A stretch of 64,000 nucleotides of DNA from Pavona decussata (taxonomy: Eukaryota), in assembly GCA_977016875.1 (NCBI GenBank), contig CDRNST010000204.1:682001-746000 (forward strand). Reading direction: 5' to 3'. Of the stretch, positions 63,401 to 64,000 are shown piece after piece. A program made the position numbers and the translations under genes. Position 1 is the stretch's first letter. Each line of letters opens with the position of its first letter. The notes under the pieces are model-generated. The model saw only the letters and a list, made by a program, of their open reading frames with translations, made no database searches and had not been told where the DNA came from.

Positions 63401-63755
63401 TATTTGAATTTCAATTCCCGCCACATTTTAGAAGGAGTATCTGGTGAAGACGCCTTGTTATCTGATATGGTTGTTTTCACTTCTTTTTATCTAGTCTGAA
63501 AATAATGCAGCAAAAGCAAAACTCAAGTGTGCCGATTATTAGGAATTCCAAAGATAATAGTAGTTCATTCCAACGTATTTTTGCTTCATACAGTGAGTTG
63601 TTACTACGGAACGTACTTAAATAAGACACTTGGCACATGCGAGGACTGCCCAGTCGGAACATATCAAGATCAAGTGTCCCAAGAAACGTGTTTACTGTGT
63701 GCACCAAAAACCTCAACTGAAGATACCAGAACGTATAATCGCTCCGGCTGTATAG
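35789..63755 (+). CDS. Gene C (3' end outside window): SVEP1/polydom-like modular protein, SP-TSP1-EGF-CCP2-HYR-CCP3-HYR-CCP3-HYR-CCP2-HYR2-CCP-furin linker-ephrin-receptor-like...
   Basis: 22 exons traced, all introns phase 1 with GT-AG boundaries, and no in-frame stop found. Confidence 0.9.
36295..39906. repeat. Duplication-inversion complex in gene C intron 1
   Basis: Direct repeat about 36295-36682 / 38003-38370; inverted repeat about 36707-37589 / 38501-39906; third partial direct copy about 39917-40235. Confidence 0.9.
39103..39636. mobile_element. Tc1/mariner-type MITE nested in the inverted arm
   Basis: TIR CCGTATTTACTCGAATAAG...CTTATTCGAGTAAATACGG, TA/TA flanks, GCGGCGCTTATT subterminal repeats. 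Confidence 0.92.
40606..40790. mobile_element. Short palindromic MITE
   Basis: ATAGACCTTTTTCATAAATGG...CCATTTATGAAAAAGGTCTAT. Confidence 0.88.
41434..41570. other. Assembly gap
   Basis: Run of N. Confidence 1.
41913..41983. repeat. (TAT)n microsatellite just upstream of the gene C exon 2 acceptor
   Basis: Directly visible. Confidence 0.98.
42008..42286 (+). CDS. Gene C exon 2: TSP1 + calcium-binding-type EGF
   Basis: GNWGPW...[53 protein letters not shown]. Confidence 0.92.
43398..43456. repeat. (AAT)n microsatellite
   Basis: Directly visible. Confidence 0.97.
43600..43791 (+). CDS. Gene C exon 3: CCP
   Basis: PSPSNG...CTVTCNPGY...CGNQGSW...PNC. Confidence 0.9.
44526..44708 (+). CDS. Gene C exon 4: CCP
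   Basis: CSRLAPPDKG...CSYECFPGY...CNNGYW...C. Confidence 0.9.
45344..45703 (+). mobile_element. DINE-1/Helentron-like end: terminal hairpin followed by (GACT)n microsatellite (spans a gap)
   Basis: TT then CGAGTG-ACA-CACTCG hairpin (45350-45364), then (CTGA/CTGG)n. Confidence 0.5.
45453..45585. other. Assembly gap within (GACT)n
   Basis: Run of N. Confidence 1.
45787..46035 (+). CDS. Gene C exon 5: HYR
   Basis: DTQPPSFGETCP...ATDND...YTAKDPSQNTKFCHFIVNV. Confidence 0.9.
46038..46442 (-). mobile_element. 5'-truncated CR1-like LINE with (ATT)n tail
   Basis: Minus strand SLLRYLGPKLWNDL...QQFKRV...NC*GCNLC, then a 3' UTR, AATAAA and (ATT)n at 46038-46126. Confidence 0.78.
46673..46867 (+). 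CDS. Gene C exon 6: CCP
   Basis: CQVLSPPANG...CRMQCYRGY...HWTGNATFC (not in the ORF track). Confidence 0.9.
47485..47676 (+). CDS. Gene C exon 7: CCP
   Basis: CPSLDTPAHA...CFFNCMLGF...CQENRQWSG...C. Confidence 0.9.
47827..48027 (+). CDS. Gene C exon 8: CCP
   Basis: CPAM...CRFTCKSGY...CSQSKSW...PSC. Confidence 0.9.
48491..48779. mobile_element. MITE
   Basis: TIR CAATCATGGACAAAAGTTGTTGAGACA...TGTCTCAACATGTTTGTCCATAATTG. Confidence 0.8.
48936..49184 (+). CDS. Gene C exon 9: HYR
   Basis: DVSGPTFSNCP...ITWTEPTASDNSG...ASDKTGNVGECKFKVFV. Confidence 0.9.
49665..49859 (+). CDS. Gene C exon 10: CCP
   Basis: CVPRLYAPAGG...CFFTCHVGH...FWTGNETKC. Confidence 0.9.
50403..50594 (+). CDS. Gene C exon 11: CCP
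   Basis: CPRLDPPPHS...CLLYCDIGY...CQADGTWSGQAPYC. Confidence 0.9.
51089..51277 (+). CDS. Gene C exon 12: CCP
   Basis: CQSLQVPNNS...CHFSCRKGY...CLSDGRWS...C. Confidence 0.9.
51896..52141 (+). CDS. Gene C exon 13: HYR
   Basis: DVETPSFGVTCP...VTWDPVIATDNSG...ASDEAGNYKTCKFYVTV. Confidence 0.92.
52926..53117 (+). CDS. Gene C exon 14: CCP
   Basis: CQTLLPPLNG...CRMSCDDGY...YWDDSVPVC. Confidence 0.9.
53695..53960 (-). mobile_element. Second copy of the Deu/Nin-type SINE, internally deleted
   Basis: Co-linear with 19868-20188 but lacking the segment between AAAGGCAGCAC and GGCCGGGGTTTGAACCC. Confidence 0.85.
54010..54207 (+). CDS. Gene C exon 15: CCP
   Basis: CSSLQQPQFGFIYP...CYLECRHGF...CGKDGKWS...C. 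Confidence 0.9.
54408..54475. repeat. (TA)n microsatellite
   Basis: Directly visible. Confidence 0.98.
54817..55065 (+). CDS. Gene C exon 16: HYR
   Basis: DVVPPVFMSCP...VNWTIPVALDNS...YTATDTSGNQRKCSF. Confidence 0.92.
55523..55768 (+). CDS. Gene C exon 17: HYR
   Basis: DNSGPEVVYCP...VTWNSPQFKDNS...CTAYD...HCQFTISL. Confidence 0.92.
55911..58687. mobile_element. Harbinger-type element carrying a nested Helentron-like tandem array
   Basis: TIR GGGACTGTGCAATAATTA...TAATTCTTGCACAGTCCC, flanks TTA/CTA, G-rich subtermini. Confidence 0.78.
57037..58504 (-). mobile_element. Helentron-associated (DINE-1/HINE-like) non-autonomous element, tandem units of about 622 bp
   Basis: Units start at 57037 and 57659; subTIR TACGCGAGATGC vs GCATCCCGCGTA; stem-loops at both ends. 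Confidence 0.65.
58853..59044 (+). CDS. Gene C exon 18: CCP (post-HYR type)
   Basis: CTDLSAPRNGARACDDW...CTPFCNDQWDF...GRW...WPDCS. Confidence 0.9.
59088..59867. mobile_element. Tc1/mariner (pogo-like) MITE filling most of gene C intron 18
   Basis: TIR CAGTCGAACCTCCC...GGGAGGTTCGACTG, TA/TA flanks, GCGACCAC repeats. Confidence 0.92.
59907..60143 (+). CDS. Gene C exon 19: linker part 1 with furin site RKKR
   Basis: LHYYHGDC...QIKQNF...NVQVTCS...VRKKRST. Confidence 0.9.
60681..60752 (+). CDS. Gene C exon 20: 72-nt exon with second furin site RTRR
   Basis: Long pyrimidine tract + TTGTAG, GTAAGT donor; DDDGAHGRTRRSLVPRTTIRVVIV. Confidence 0.8.
60824..61070. mobile_element. Degenerate MITE (GATTGTTCGAAAGCC...GCTTAATCGGGC...TTTGAAC); half copy about 43835-43935
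   Basis: Imperfect TIRs and a shared interior. Confidence 0.6.
61619..61865. mobile_element. MITE, copy 2 of CTGGCCCCAG family
   Basis: CTGGCCCCAGCTGTTCAAAGAGGGGATAA...TTATCCCCTCTTTGAATAACTGGGGCCAG. Confidence 0.9.
62174..62413 (+). CDS. Gene C exon 21: linker part 3
   Basis: VLITVNITE...FSFTINGT...LSCDKGQALSDGVC, homologous to the end of gene B exon 24. Confidence 0.88.
63046..63442. repeat. Imperfect palindrome of about 400 bp with no spacer
   Basis: Core GACGTTTGTATGACTGGGG...CCCCAGTCATACAAATGTC (63224-63274); pairing extends out to TCCTTCT/AGAAGGA. Confidence 0.85.
63594..63755 (+). CDS. Gene C exon 22: ephrin-receptor-like Cys-rich repeat
   Basis: SCYYGTYLNKTLGTCEDCPVGTYQDQVSQETCLLCAPKTST...GC; GTAAGT donor, so the gene continues. 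Confidence 0.92.
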
Positions 63756-64000
63756 GTAAGTGACCAACTAACTGGTCAAGGATAAGTTAGGTGTGAAAAC
63801 CATGCATAGATGCCCATGATAGATTGTATCAGTACTGTAGCCTGCCGTGGAGGCCTCATTAGTGAGCTTACGCAACAGGGCGGCTGAGGGAAGGGGACGG
63901 TGATGTATCGTTGTGTGACCAACATGACATCTTTGTACCTTCACATTTTTAGGCGATTTGCGACTAAAGCTGGTGTTCTCCCGCTTGTGACAACGTGAAG

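Noticed and set aside
35789-63755. Calling gene C SVEP1
   Set aside because: No N-terminal vWA domain, it has a TSP1-EGF head and extra CCP3-HYR units, and the C-terminus is outside the window

Overview
AT-rich, intron-rich animal genomic DNA, most likely an anthozoan/stony coral (inferred from the repeat landscape and gene content, not proven). It has three assembly gaps (29306-29580, 41434-41570, 45453-45585) and three large multi-exon genes for modular extracellular proteins, whose GT-AG boundaries and phases I traced by hand. Gene B (minus, 33255->9689, 27 coding exons, about 2166 aa if a 1-nt frameshift in exon 4 is repaired) is a complete type-I membrane protein: signal peptide - 3x(YWTD beta-propeller+EGF) - CCP3-HYR-CCP3-HYR-CCP2-HYR2-CCP - furin-site linker - ephrin-receptor-like Cys repeat - TM - short tail with NPAY. 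It has no LDL-A repeats and no PPPSP motifs, so it is an LRP-head/SVEP1-stalk chimera rather than a true LRP4/5/6. Gene A (minus, 5569->913, continuing off the left edge) is a tandem paralogue of B with identical exon sizes. Gene C (plus, 35789->63755, continuing off the right edge) sits head-to-head with B and carries the same stalk almost exon for exon under a different head (TSP1-EGF-CCP2-HYR). Introns and spacers are packed with MITEs (Tc1/mariner- and PIF/Harbinger-type), tRNA-derived SINEs (including Deu/Nin-domain type), CR1/L2 LINE 3' ends, Helentron/DINE-1-like elements, long palindromes and microsatellites.
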